A stretch of DNA of 64,000 nucleotides, taken from assembly GCF_040938485.1 (NCBI RefSeq), contig NW_027271662.1, positions 496,001-560,000 of the forward strand, written 5' to 3'. This DNA is from Diadema antillarum. Lineage: Eukaryota. A program made the position numbers and the translations under genes. A model generated the notes under the pieces. The model ran no database searches. It saw only the letters and a list, made by a program, of their open reading frames with translations, and was not told the DNA's origin. Shown piece after piece: positions 1 through 9,400 of the stretch. Each line of letters opens with the position of its first letter. Within the stretch, counting starts at the first letter, position 1.

Positions 1-510
1 GAGACAATGGTGTAGATGACGTGTAAGCACATTTTCCTAAAATATCCGTTCGACGTTTACTTTCAAATTTGAAGTTGCACTTTGCTCGCTGAGCATTTTT
101 CGCGACTAAATATCTTCAGCTTTGCGGTTCTCTCAACCTTCTTTCACGTTGGCGATGTGTGTTGCGCCTTAGTTAAATCATTTATCTAATTTTAAAAGAT
201 ACCTAAACGCCTAAACGTTGTTGCTTTCAAGCAATTAAAAAAAACCGTCCTATACAAGTGTTACAAATCTCAGGTTGGAATGTCATCCCGTAAGAGAATT
301 TAAGAGCATAGCAGTCAACATGACTCATCCAGTGTTAGAATGATAAAGTTCACTATGATCATAATGAAAATGAGAATAATAAGAAGACGGGAAAATAGTC
401 GTAAATTGATGAAGAAGAATTGTTCATTCTTCCACATCGCACTAGATGTCATTGTTCTTTGTATAAAAAAAAAAACCCAATCATCTGTCTGCGTCAAAGA
501 CTAAATAGAC

Positions 511-854
511 GGGGTCATCCCACGAGAAGGACACCAACGAGTCATACAGCCTACTAGTCAAACAGACCATGAGTTTGACACTAGGCAAACAAGGCCCACA
601 AGTTTGACACCAGGCAAACAAGGCCCACGAGATTGACACCAGTAAAGCAAAATAGGCCCACGAGTTCGACACTAAGCGAAAACAGCCCATAAGACCGACA
701 TTATATTTCAGGGGCCTTAGTGTGTCGAACTCGTGGGCCTTGTTTGCCTGGTGCCGGACTAATGGGCCTTATTCGCTTAGTATCGAACCCATGGGCTGCA
801 TAACTCGTGGGCTGTATGATTCGTACGGTGGGTGTCGAATTCCTGACGTGCACC
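511..854. mobile_element. Foldback-like MITE, family A copy 1 (inverted arrays of ~22-nt GGCCCACGAGTTCGACAC subrepeats)
   Basis: Left end GGGGTCATCCCACGAG; right end is the reverse complement of AGGTGCACGTCAGGAATTCGACACCC. Left-half subrepeats are inverted in the right half. Related copies at 8684-9045 and 22233-22710. Confidence 0.75.
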
Positions 855-1007
855 TAAACAAATGTTGTAAGTGAGGGTTTGAGTGTAAGGAAACCGAATG
901 GGACAAACCAGGTAAACAGTTGAAACTACCGAGGACAGGTGTCTGGTGTTTTAAATGCCCTCATTGATTCTGTCCTGACGGATACATTATATTTTTCACG
1001 TCTTCAG

Positions 1008-1142
1008 GTGGTGTGGGTGACAGCCACGCTGCCGTACTTTGTTCTCACCATCCTTCTCATTCGCGGCGCCACCCTTCCCGGGGCCGGTACGGGCATCAAG
1101 TTCTACCTCCTGCCAGACTTCAACCAGCTTGCTAATGCACAG
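1008..1142 (+). CDS. SLC6A2/SLC6A3-like: SLC6 monoamine transporter, first exon in window (TM5 region; [10 protein letters not shown]...LANAQ)
   Basis: ttcag| acceptor and |gtgagg donor, 135 nt. Matches the DAT/NET/SERT VVWxTATxPY..RGxTLPGA motif. Confidence 0.95.
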
Positions 1143-2127
1143 GTGAGGGTGCACCCTCGGTTAATGCGAGCGTTGAAGCATTATTCCTGTTGAATGTGAG
1201 GTGCATTTTTGTTGCTATCTGTCCGTTTTTCTTCGTTTTTTACGTAGACAGGTTGAATTGACAGGAGACTCTAGACTTCTCAGAAACATTTGTGCATTTC
1301 TTGACTTGGTAATAGTGAGAAATATACATTGTATAAGCCAGTGGAACGCATATTGATTTATGTTCGACTTTCCTAATTCGCCTACTTTGTCACCTACTTT
1401 TATAAAAATCGGTGTCCTTTAGGAGATTCAACTAACAATGACTAAGGAATCCAGATTATGGACCATCTGTACTTGCTTCTGTTCTGTCTGACCTTTATTA
1501 CCAGAATGTTGTTTTCAGCTGTGTCTCAAACGCTTCATCTTGCTTTATAGACAAAGAGTGACATTTCGCAGGCTAATGCTTTTAATGATTCAAGTAAAGC
1601 ATTTCAAGTTAATCATCAAAATCAATGAACAACAACTGTATCATCATAAATGAGATTATAAGTCAACAATTGAGCAACAGACAAAAAATACTAATAATCG
1701 TAGAATGTCGTATAATGTATACCTCGCAAAAACAGCCTCACAAGACTCCAAACGCTACAATATGATATCTACATTTGTGTGTGTGAGAAAATTCAATCAA
1801 ATAAAGAGTAGGCGAGCTATCATGGTAGATGCAGGATAATACCGTTATTACACAAACTTGTGGATCCGATTTGCGAAATTCGACAGATAACAGTTTGTAA
1901 TCACACCAGGGTTAATTTTTTTAGTTGTTGTGGTTGTTTCTTTCCTTATTAGTTACGTAATATAAAATTTCGTTTATTGTACAATCAAATTCAAATTTAT
2001 GAATTTATTTTTTTGGCAAAACGGAAATCATAGTTGCATGTTTCTGATTGCAATGGATAACGAAATGAATGAAGGAATACAAAGTATTTACGAAACATAT
2101 TGGGTGTATTTCCGATCACAAACGCAG

Positions 2128-2231
2128 GTCTGGATCGATGCTGCAGTCCAAATATTTTATTCCATTGGTGCTGGTTTCGGCGTACACATTGCGTTCGCCA
2201 GTTACAACAAATTCCACAGTAATGTATATAG
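2128..2231 (+). CDS. SLC6A2/SLC6A3-like: SLC6 monoamine transporter exon (TM6; [35 protein letters not shown])
   Basis: cgcag| and |gtaagt, 104 nt, phase 0 to 2. Canonical SLC6 TM6 motif. Confidence 0.95.
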
Positions 2232-2888
2232 GTAAGTTCATGTTTTGTTCATGATAGATTACCTAATGTCTCTTTCTTTTTTTCAATCCTGGTTTCGGTT
2301 GCGGTTGTATAGAGGTCATTTTCTAATGACGTCATGCGTTATCTCGATTAATGACGCAACATTTGCAAACGAATGATTATATTATCACTTATGGTGTTTA
2401 CGGTGTCCAGATCTACTTGACCAGTACGTCATTGGCATGATGAAAAATAGCGCCATCGAAAAAAACAAACAACAAGAAAAAAACAAAACAACTTTTGCAG
2501 GATGAGCAAATCGGGCAACTATAAGAGAAAAGAATGATGCAAAGAAGTTCGTGTAGTTAACTATGTCTTTTTGGTCAACTTGGCTGACTCTAAGTTATGG
2601 TGGCTTCTGACAATTAAGTTACAATTTTAAAATCTAAATCGCAGATATGAAGTTTAAGACTAGAAGTGTGTTCGAAACGTTTTGGTAACTCATTTTTCTT
2701 TCATAAGTTGGTTTTCCTCATTTTTCATCTAAATAGTAGGCAAAAGTGTGCATGAAAACCTCGCAAAAACAGCAGCTTATGTACGCTTTGACATGTTCAT
2801 GAATATAGAATCTAGATGATGAGTGTAAAGAGTGATGCCCTTCACTGAAAATCGAGTGATCGTTTTCTTGTTGCTCCTCTCTGTCCAG

Positions 2889-3013
2889 GGACGCCATCTT
2901 TACGAGTTGTACAAACTGCTTCACGAGTTTCTTCTCCGGCTTTGCAGTATTTTCAATTTTGGGCTACCTGGCCGAAAAGACGCAAAAGGACATTTCAGAA
3001 GTTGCCACGGAAG
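2889..3013 (+). CDS. SLC6A2/SLC6A3-like: SLC6 monoamine transporter exon (TM7-EL4; [42 protein letters not shown]), GC donor
   Basis: tccag| acceptor, 125 nt, phase 2 to 1. Only the GAAG|GCAAGT donor keeps the VATEG-PGL frame. Not in the ORF track in this frame. Confidence 0.92.
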
Positions 3014-3309
3014 GCAAGTATATTGAAACATGATCCCACCTCGGTACACTTTCCTGACTATGATATGTTTCAAGTTTTTTTTTTTTTATATGTACAATCA
3101 GATTTTATTTCATTCGAGTACACTTACTGCCTCCACTGAAATTTTCATACGATCGTCGTAGTGAGGTTGAAAACATGAGATAACACCAACTTTAACAAAA
3201 TTTAATGAAGTCTTTCAAGAAAATGAAGGACTTCCATGACTCGCATGACTCGAAAGCTTGGAATGTATGTAACAGACTGCATCAAAGCTGTCAAGATTTT
3301 GGAAGACTT

Positions 3310-3575
3310 CAAAATTTGGCCTTTCTTAAGAACTTGTGTTTAAAGTGCGCTCTTATGATAATGGATCCGAGACATGGATCATGAAAAAGACCCTGCAGGA
3401 CCGGTACGATGACACGTACATTGTACACCTTACTTTTAATGAGAGTGCAGAATTCATCAGTTGGTAAGAGCACGAAACGAAAGAGGATACCCATGGAGAT
3501 ATTCCACCCATTTATTCGACTGTAGCTTGTCGGAGAACACAGTTTGCTGGTCACTGTTTCCGTGCTAAGAAACGT
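3310..3575 (+). mobile_element. Decayed RTE-like non-LTR retrotransposon fragment (post-RT C-terminal region)
   Basis: Translation GSETWIMKKTLQDRYDDTY...SW*EHETKEDTHGDIPPIYSTVACRRTQFAGHCFRAK resembles the RTE C-terminal YG.E.W...RR.RFAGHC.R motif and has an internal stop. Confidence 0.7.
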
Positions 3576-4098
3576 ACTGTATATTTTTCCTGAAACTACC
3601 CTGTAGTCTGCAATGGGTGCCAAAGTCAGATTTTGGGTCTAACTGTGTTTTATCGTCAACGCCAAACGCCAAACGTTTTTGATGCATGGTTTAACCCCAT
3701 TTCGAGGGTGCTGAATCCGAATCTGGATGATGCAACTTTTGCACCCTTGAAGGCTTTAAGATATTCATGACGGACCCCATAATGGCTGCCAGAATGGCCG
3801 CCAAATCTGAAATTACTGTGTGAATTTCCCTATAAAATGGTGAAAAAATGAGGGTTGTACTCATTTCCACAGTCTGAATGGTTCAATTCACTCTTGCATC
3901 CTTGAGGATGTAAAGTCACTCAGAATAAAAAATTTTTAAAATCTGAACTCTTCTGGATGCAAGCGGTGAAAAAAAAAGTTTTAAAGTGATTAGGGAGATT
4001 ATACCAATGGTGAACAGCAATAAGTCATGATGTATTCAGTGACCTGTGAAGTGCAGTTGGCCAATAATTCTTTTGAAAATTAATATTGGTCCCATTAG

Positions 4099-4211
4099 GT
4101 CCTGGCCTAGTATTCACGGTCTATCCCGAAGCCATCGCCACCCTCCCTGGAGCCCCCTTCTGGTCCGTTATTTTCTATATCATGCTCATCACACTCGGCC
4201 TCGACAGCTCG
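4099..4211 (+). CDS. SLC6A2/SLC6A3-like: SLC6 monoamine transporter exon (EL4-TM8; [38 protein letters not shown])
   Basis: attag| and |gtatgt, 113 nt, phase 1 to 0. Confidence 0.95.
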
Positions 4212-4801
4212 GTATGTATCCTGTCAGTAGCAAGTAAAGAATCTCTTTTATTTCATGTAATGATCATCGACTCAAAATGGTTTTACGTCTTGGAAATATT
4301 GTTCTTTTCATTCCTTGTATTAAAGCTCAATACCAAGGGATAGAAATTGTATTTCTGTATTTTGCGTGGTCAGTTCAGGTTACGTCATCTGGAAAAAAAA
4401 ATATTGGTTGAAGTGTCTAAAGGTTGTAAATCCCTTTTAAGGTTTTGAGACATCATGCCTAGTTCTGTGTTTACAATAATCCTTACTTGAAACAGACCTC
4501 GTATGGTTGGCAGTATAGGTTTGATTATTTCGACCAAATAAAAAAGGTGACACTAAACTGATTTATACGGAAAAGTCATACTGCAGTCCATTTCCTATAT
4601 CCTCAGGCACAATAGATGACATTTTCAGTAACATAATATACAATCGCATCACATGGGTCACGATTGTCTTAGCGAGAATTACTTTCTTGTCGTTTTCTTT
4701 CACATCTATTTCTCTGTATATCATGGGGTTCCTTGAAATCATGTGATTTGATTTATCTGGGCTTGGACACGCTTCACGGCCCGTGAGGTCATAATATACA
4801 C

Positions 4802-5248
4802 ATAATGACTGCTATGAGGGGCACAGGTAAAATTATGGGCCCAAGGTGATGTCAAAACCATAACTATGCCCGAAGCGAAGCTGAGGGCATAGTTATAGTT
4901 TTCACATCACCGAGGGCCTACATAATTTTAACTGTGCCCCGAATATCAAGCTGTCATTATTTGTTTTATATACCGGAAATATCGATTCTTCTTATCTGAT
5001 TGGTTAAAATGTTACCTGAATTAAACAAGGACTCGTAATCAACGCTGATCGACAGCGCGGCGGTTGTATCATTGGTGCGTACATATGAGCGATCTCTGTG
5101 TACGGGGTTGCGACTGTCTCCAAACCTATTTACAGGGCACAGTTGATTCTATGCCCCGGGCACAGTAAATCATGACGTAATTTTGATCAAAAAGACTCCA
5201 CTTTTAACCAATCAGATGAGAGGAATCTATATATGAGGTATATAAAGC
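4802..5248. mobile_element. Non-autonomous element made of two adjacent inverted-repeat modules
   Basis: Hairpin 4802-4960 with ~70-bp arms around GAAGCGAAGCTGA. Second inverted repeat pairs ~4964-5011 with ~5199-5248 (CTGATTGGTTAAAA / TTTTAACCAATCAG). Confidence 0.65.
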
Positions 5249-5325
5249 ACGATACCGCACGATACGATATTTTAACGATTTATGACTTTCTTTTACGTCC
5301 TCTGTTTATTGTGCGCCCTCTGTAG

Positions 5326-5557
5326 TTCGGCGGCACCGAAGCCATCATTACCGGGTTGGTTGACATGTACCCACGCATCTTCAAGAAGCGGCGCGAGCTC
5401 CTCGTCCTCGCCGTCGTCATCAGTTTCTTCCTCTTCGGACTCATCGACGTCACCTACGGCGGCATCTACGTCTTCCACCTGGAGAGCGAATTCGCAGCCT
5501 CGGCCTCCATTCTCTTCGCCGTCGCCATCGAAGTGATAGCTGTGTCCTGGTTCTATG
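5326..5557 (+). CDS. SLC6A2/SLC6A3-like: SLC6 monoamine transporter exon (TM8 end-TM10; FGGTEAIITGL...TYGGIYVFHLESEFAASASILF...SWFYG)
   Basis: tgtag| and |gtaaac, 232 nt, phase 0 to 1, very C/G-rich third positions. Confidence 0.95.
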
Positions 5558-5899
5558 GTAAACGCATTTTTTGGTGCTTGCGGATCACAAATTTCGTTGT
5601 TCGCGTAATCTGGAATCGTACAAGCTTTGTTTTTTTAGTGGGACCCTCCATTTCCATTTCCATCCTTATTTTATTTGTACTATACATATGTATATATTCA
5701 ACAAAAAAAAAAGATTACAGTTATGCTTTCTTCATTCTGTTACTCATTTTCACATGTATTTTGTTATTTTACATCATATTTCACTTCATAATTGAAAAGA
5801 TAAAGTTGTAATCCTATAGAGCGTTTGATTGCCCATTAGGAAGTGATGAAGAGGAACTGCTCATGGCTTGAATAAACTATAACCATGAGGTCATTGCCG

Positions 5900-6115
5900 C
5901 TACGAACGAAACGAAAACGCACAACATGTGCGCGCCTGTAAAGTGGCTGCAACTTGCTGGAATGCTCCCCTGAGAGCGGAGAGTGAGCACTGTCAGTTCT
6001 GGTTGGAAATAATGTCTCCAGTGACCGAGGTAATGATAGTCTGTAAAGCGCATTGAGATGTATACTTTTTTCAAGGAAGTTCAGCGTGTAATGCGCTAGG
6101 ATTATAGAAACTAGG
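5900..6115 (+). mobile_element. SINE-like remnant with L2-type 3' tail, cut by an assembly gap
   Basis: ...CTGTAAAGCGCATTGAG...TAATGCGCTA... resembles L2-tail SINE 3' ends. A reversed L2-type tail with (AAT)n lies at ~6721-6780. Confidence 0.35.
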
Positions 6116-6287
6116 NNNNNNNNNNNNNNNNNNNNNNNNNNNNNNNNNNNNNNNNNNNNNNNNNNNNNNNNNNNNNNNNNNNNNNNNNNNNNNNNNNNNN
6201 NNNNNNNNNNNNNNNNNNNNNNNNNNNNNNNNNNNNNNNNNNNNNNNNNNNNNNNNNNNNNNNNNNNNNNNNNNNNNNNNNNNNNNN
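6116..6287. other. Assembly gap (N run)
   Basis: Run of N. ORFs spanning it are artefacts. Confidence 1.
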
Positions 6288-6326
6288 TAAACCATACATT
6301 GTTATTGTTTGTCATTTGATACACAG

Positions 6327-6427
6327 GTGTAAATCGATTTGCTCATGAAATCAAGGAGATGATTGGCTTCCTGCCCAGCTACGCTTGGCGGATATGTTGG
6401 AAATTCGTGTCACCAACGTTCATTCTG
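6327..6427 (+). CDS. SLC6A2/SLC6A3-like: SLC6 monoamine transporter exon (IL5-TM11; GVNRFAHEIKEMIGFLPSYAWRICWKFVSPTFIL)
   Basis: cacag| and |gtgagt, 101 nt, phase 1 to 0. WR.CWKFVSP motif. Confidence 0.95.
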
Positions 6428-6822
6428 GTGAGTTTGATTATGCAGAATGTAGAAATTGCACGAAAGGAAATTCTAATTGACGTTAAGAACTGCACTGTGA
6501 AAAGGGTATTCATATTTTCATGCTGGATTGTATTCTTATTGTATTCTTATCTGTTGTATCAATGTCAATGAATTTGTAATTTCCTTGAGAAAAAATATGG
6601 ATATATGAAAATAAATTGAACTGTATGAACTGAACTGAATTGTCAACACAAATCATGTACAAGTCATGCTTGTGTGGTCTTCTTTTATTCCTCCAAGGTG
6701 ATTTCAACATCATTGTCTTAAATAATAAATAATAATAATAATAATTGCATTTATATGGCGCTTCATACTGACGTTTCTAAGATAAATAATTTATCTCTCC
6801 TTTCATTTTTTTTTTCTTAAAG

Positions 6823-6993
6823 GCCATGTTTTTCGCGAGCCTGGTCCTGACGCAGCCGCTGGTGTACGAGGAGTACGTGTACCCTCAGTGGGGCAATGTC
6901 CTGGCATGGCTCCTGGCCGCCTCCTCCATGGTGCTGGTGCCCATAGTGGCCGTGTGGCAAGTGATCAAGGCCCCCGGCTCGGGATTCAAAGAG
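6823..6993 (+). CDS. SLC6A2/SLC6A3-like: SLC6 monoamine transporter exon (EL6-TM12; AMFFASLVLTQPLVYEEYVYPQWGNVLAWLLAASSMVLVP...GFKE)
   Basis: Long T tract, taaag| and |gttagt, 171 nt, phase 0 to 0. Y.YP.W...GW-type motif. Confidence 0.93.
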
Positions 6994-7027
6994 GTTAGTG
7001 AAACATCGCAACTGCAGTGATATACTG

Positions 7028-7381
7028 CATGGCCGGCGACACGTTTTGAAAATTGGGGGCCCACTTTATATTTTTGGTGCCACTTCCGGGTTTCATCAGC
7101 TAACAAGCAAAATAATAATAATAATAATAATTAAAGGCCTACATGTACAGCCGCAATTCTACTGCCACTTCCGGGTTTCATCAGCTAGCAAACGTCAAAA
7201 CCTTAACCACATTCTATGTTTTTGTTGTTGTTGTTTTTCTGGTGCCACTTCCAGGGTGAAAAAAAGTGGGGGGCCCCAAAGTGGTTACATCCTATGGATT
7301 CATATGTATTGTGCAAAAAACAAACAAACAAACAAACAAACGGGGGCCGAGTCCGTAAGGCCCCCGGCTCCGCCGGCCCTG
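7028..7381. mobile_element. hAT-like MITE (CA(G)GGCCGGCG termini) with three internal TGCCACTTCC(G/A)GG repeats
   Basis: CATGGCCGGCG at 7028 pairs with CGCCGGCCCTG ending 7381. GGGGGCCC blocks and internal direct repeats. No clean TSD. Confidence 0.6.
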
Positions 7382-8188
7382 TACTATACAAACGATAGAA
7401 CTCATCAAGAGAGCTCGACGTGAGAATTATGTTTGTATTATACATATTTTTCTTACAGCGTACCGTATGTCAGAGTTGTGATTTTGATAAAAGTGTTAAG
7501 AACGTTTATTTTCATATAATCATGTAATATCTCCTTTCGTTTCCTGTTGCGGCTGCCTACTGAGTCAAGCTCCACTAATGATGGCGATTTCCCCTTACTT
7601 TGACCCAATGTTCACATTTTGTTTAATTGCTGTTTATCACGTTGTTACAAACGTAAATGTCGTTAAGAAATTAGATAATAATCTAAGTGATGAAATATAT
7701 TTGTGTTATCACCATTACCAATGTTTGTATCATCATTTCATCATGGCAGATGAAATGTAGAAAATTGTTGTTTTGTTAACATGTTCGAAGACGATGTAGA
7801 AATTAAGTCAGTTCAAATTAAATAAAATGAATACATATGACAAAAGTACCGCCACTTATAAAACTTCAACAATTTCAATTCAATGTTGACGACATTATTG
7901 TATATCTGCATGATGAACGTGCTAATTGATTGTGTTTTACATGGTTTTGCATGATACTGTACTTTTTCAAACAACATTTAGCTATCAAAGTGTTCAGTGT
8001 CTTGTGTATGTTGTTTTTATTAATGCCATAAAGAAATCTAAAGTACACCAAGTTCTGGGTGATCGTATCGTCATTTTTATCGACACTCCTACAAGTACTA
8101 CATGTGAATTTCGTTGAATATACGAACACGCTGTCAATGTGTCATTGATATATTTTCGTCATTTCCTCTTTGCTTTGTCTCTCTGCAG

Positions 8189-8263
8189 AAATTCGCCTAT
8201 GCAATAACACCCCGTTCGGACTATAAGTTGATAAGTGAGAAGAGAGAGATTTCTAGATACACG
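8189..8263 (+). CDS. SLC6A2/SLC6A3-like: SLC6 monoamine transporter penultimate exon (KFAYAITPRSDYKLISEKREISRYT)
   Basis: Polypyrimidine tract, tgcag| and |gtaatg, 75 nt. Aligns with NET [24 protein letters not shown]. Confidence 0.88.
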
Positions 8264-8683
8264 GTAATGTCTATGACAAATATCCATCATCATTTCATAC
8301 CGATAAGAGATAAATCCAATCAATTTTTTTTCTTAAGGACTATAGGACGAATTGTTTGCAAACCTTTAAACCTCTCCATGGTTTTCTTCTTCAAGACTAA
8401 TATTGAAGGTAGCTTCCGTCGTACATAAAAAACAATATATTTAATTTTTTGATCATATTATGTTAGGTCTGATTCAAGTGATTGTTATTCTGCTATAGTG
8501 GTTAGTTGTCTCGTGGTGAGCGGATTTGACATCGTTCAATAATAATACTCACCAGTCGTGATGTAAGATGTTAATGAATATGAAAACAGCTTTAAAAAAT
8601 CAACTGTGAGAGACGACGAGATTAGGTAAAATATCCTTACTCCAATAGGAACAAAAAACACGAATTGCGGAAATACAATCTAA

Positions 8684-9045
8684 GGGGGTCATCCCACGAG
8701 ACAGATACCCACTAGTCATATGGCCCACGAGTTCGACACAGAAAACAAAGGTCCAAGAGTCATACAGCCCATTAGTCGAGGCCCATGAGTCAACATTAGG
8801 CAAACGTTGTACTTTTTGTACATTCTGTTGTAAGAAGTGAAAATAAAACCTTTGAATTGAATTGAATTGAAACACGGCCCACAACTTCGACATTACATTA
8901 CGGGGTTTCATGAGTCGAACTCGTGGGCCTTTTTCGCCTAGTGTCGGACTCATGGGTCTTGAAATATTTGCTTAGTGTCGAACTTATGGGCTGTATGACT
9001 TATGGGCTGTATGATTCATGGGTGTCGAACTCGTGACGTGCACCC
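8684..9045. mobile_element. Foldback-like MITE, family A copy 2, with a nested insertion
   Basis: Same termini and subrepeats as 511-854. Confidence 0.75.
8806..8869 (+). mobile_element. 5'-truncated retrotransposon 3' tail (AATAAA + (GAATT)n) nested in the MITE
   Basis: 64-nt insert flanked by an AAAC duplication (8802-8805 and 8870-8873) that interrupts a MITE subrepeat. Confidence 0.55.
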
Positions 9046-9376
9046 AATTTAAATATCAACAGTTTTAAAACAGACGCGGAACATTATTACAATTAGTACA
9101 TTTTCAGCAAATTCTGATTTCTATTAGCAGGAACTCATGTATCTCATATTCATTCATATATCAACACAAACGTGATGAAAAATTAGTTTACAACTTTCAA
9201 TAAAAATCACACGATTTGATTGTAGAAGTATTTTACCACAAATATAGAGAGAATGTTCTCTCGCAACCGGATTTGTTCTTCTTAGCCACGATTTTTTTTT
9301 TTTGAAATTATATTTTTGCCAGTCTAGATCTAATGTTGTTCATGTGTCCCGTTCCCTCCCCCCCCCCCCCTTCCAG

Positions 9377-9400
9377 GCGAAACACTGGCGTACAATCTAA
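9377..9400 (+). CDS. SLC6A2/SLC6A3-like: SLC6 monoamine transporter terminal coding micro-exon (AKHWRTI*)
   Basis: Poly-C tract, ttccag|GCG AAA CAC TGG CGT ACA ATC TAA. Equivalent to NET LQHWLAI* and DAT LRHWLKV*, which are also separate last exons. Confidence 0.88.
   Translation, partial: AKHWRTI

Noticed and set aside
511-854. Regular ~22-nt repeats resembling a CRISPR array
   Set aside because: No unique spacers, inverted arrangement, eukaryotic context, no cas genes; these are MITE subrepeats. The same applies to 10640-10931 and 52681-52995.
2326-2335. ATGACGTCAT (CRE palindrome) in a transporter intron
   Set aside because: The 8-bp motif recurs several times in the window (e.g. ~15623, ~16802, inside the 39757 MITE); no supporting evidence.
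5282-5536. Ser-rich ORF (+) and acidic ORF 5293-5478 (-)
   Set aside because: Alternative-frame and antisense shadows of the GC3-rich SLC6 exon 5326-5557.
5558-5811. Hydrophobic extension of ORF 5356-5811
   Set aside because: Read-through into a T-rich intron past the G|GTAAAC donor; homology continues at 6327.
5836-6324. ORFs containing X runs (also 31088-31505, 35674-36054, 54724-55150)
   Set aside because: Artefacts of translating across N gaps.
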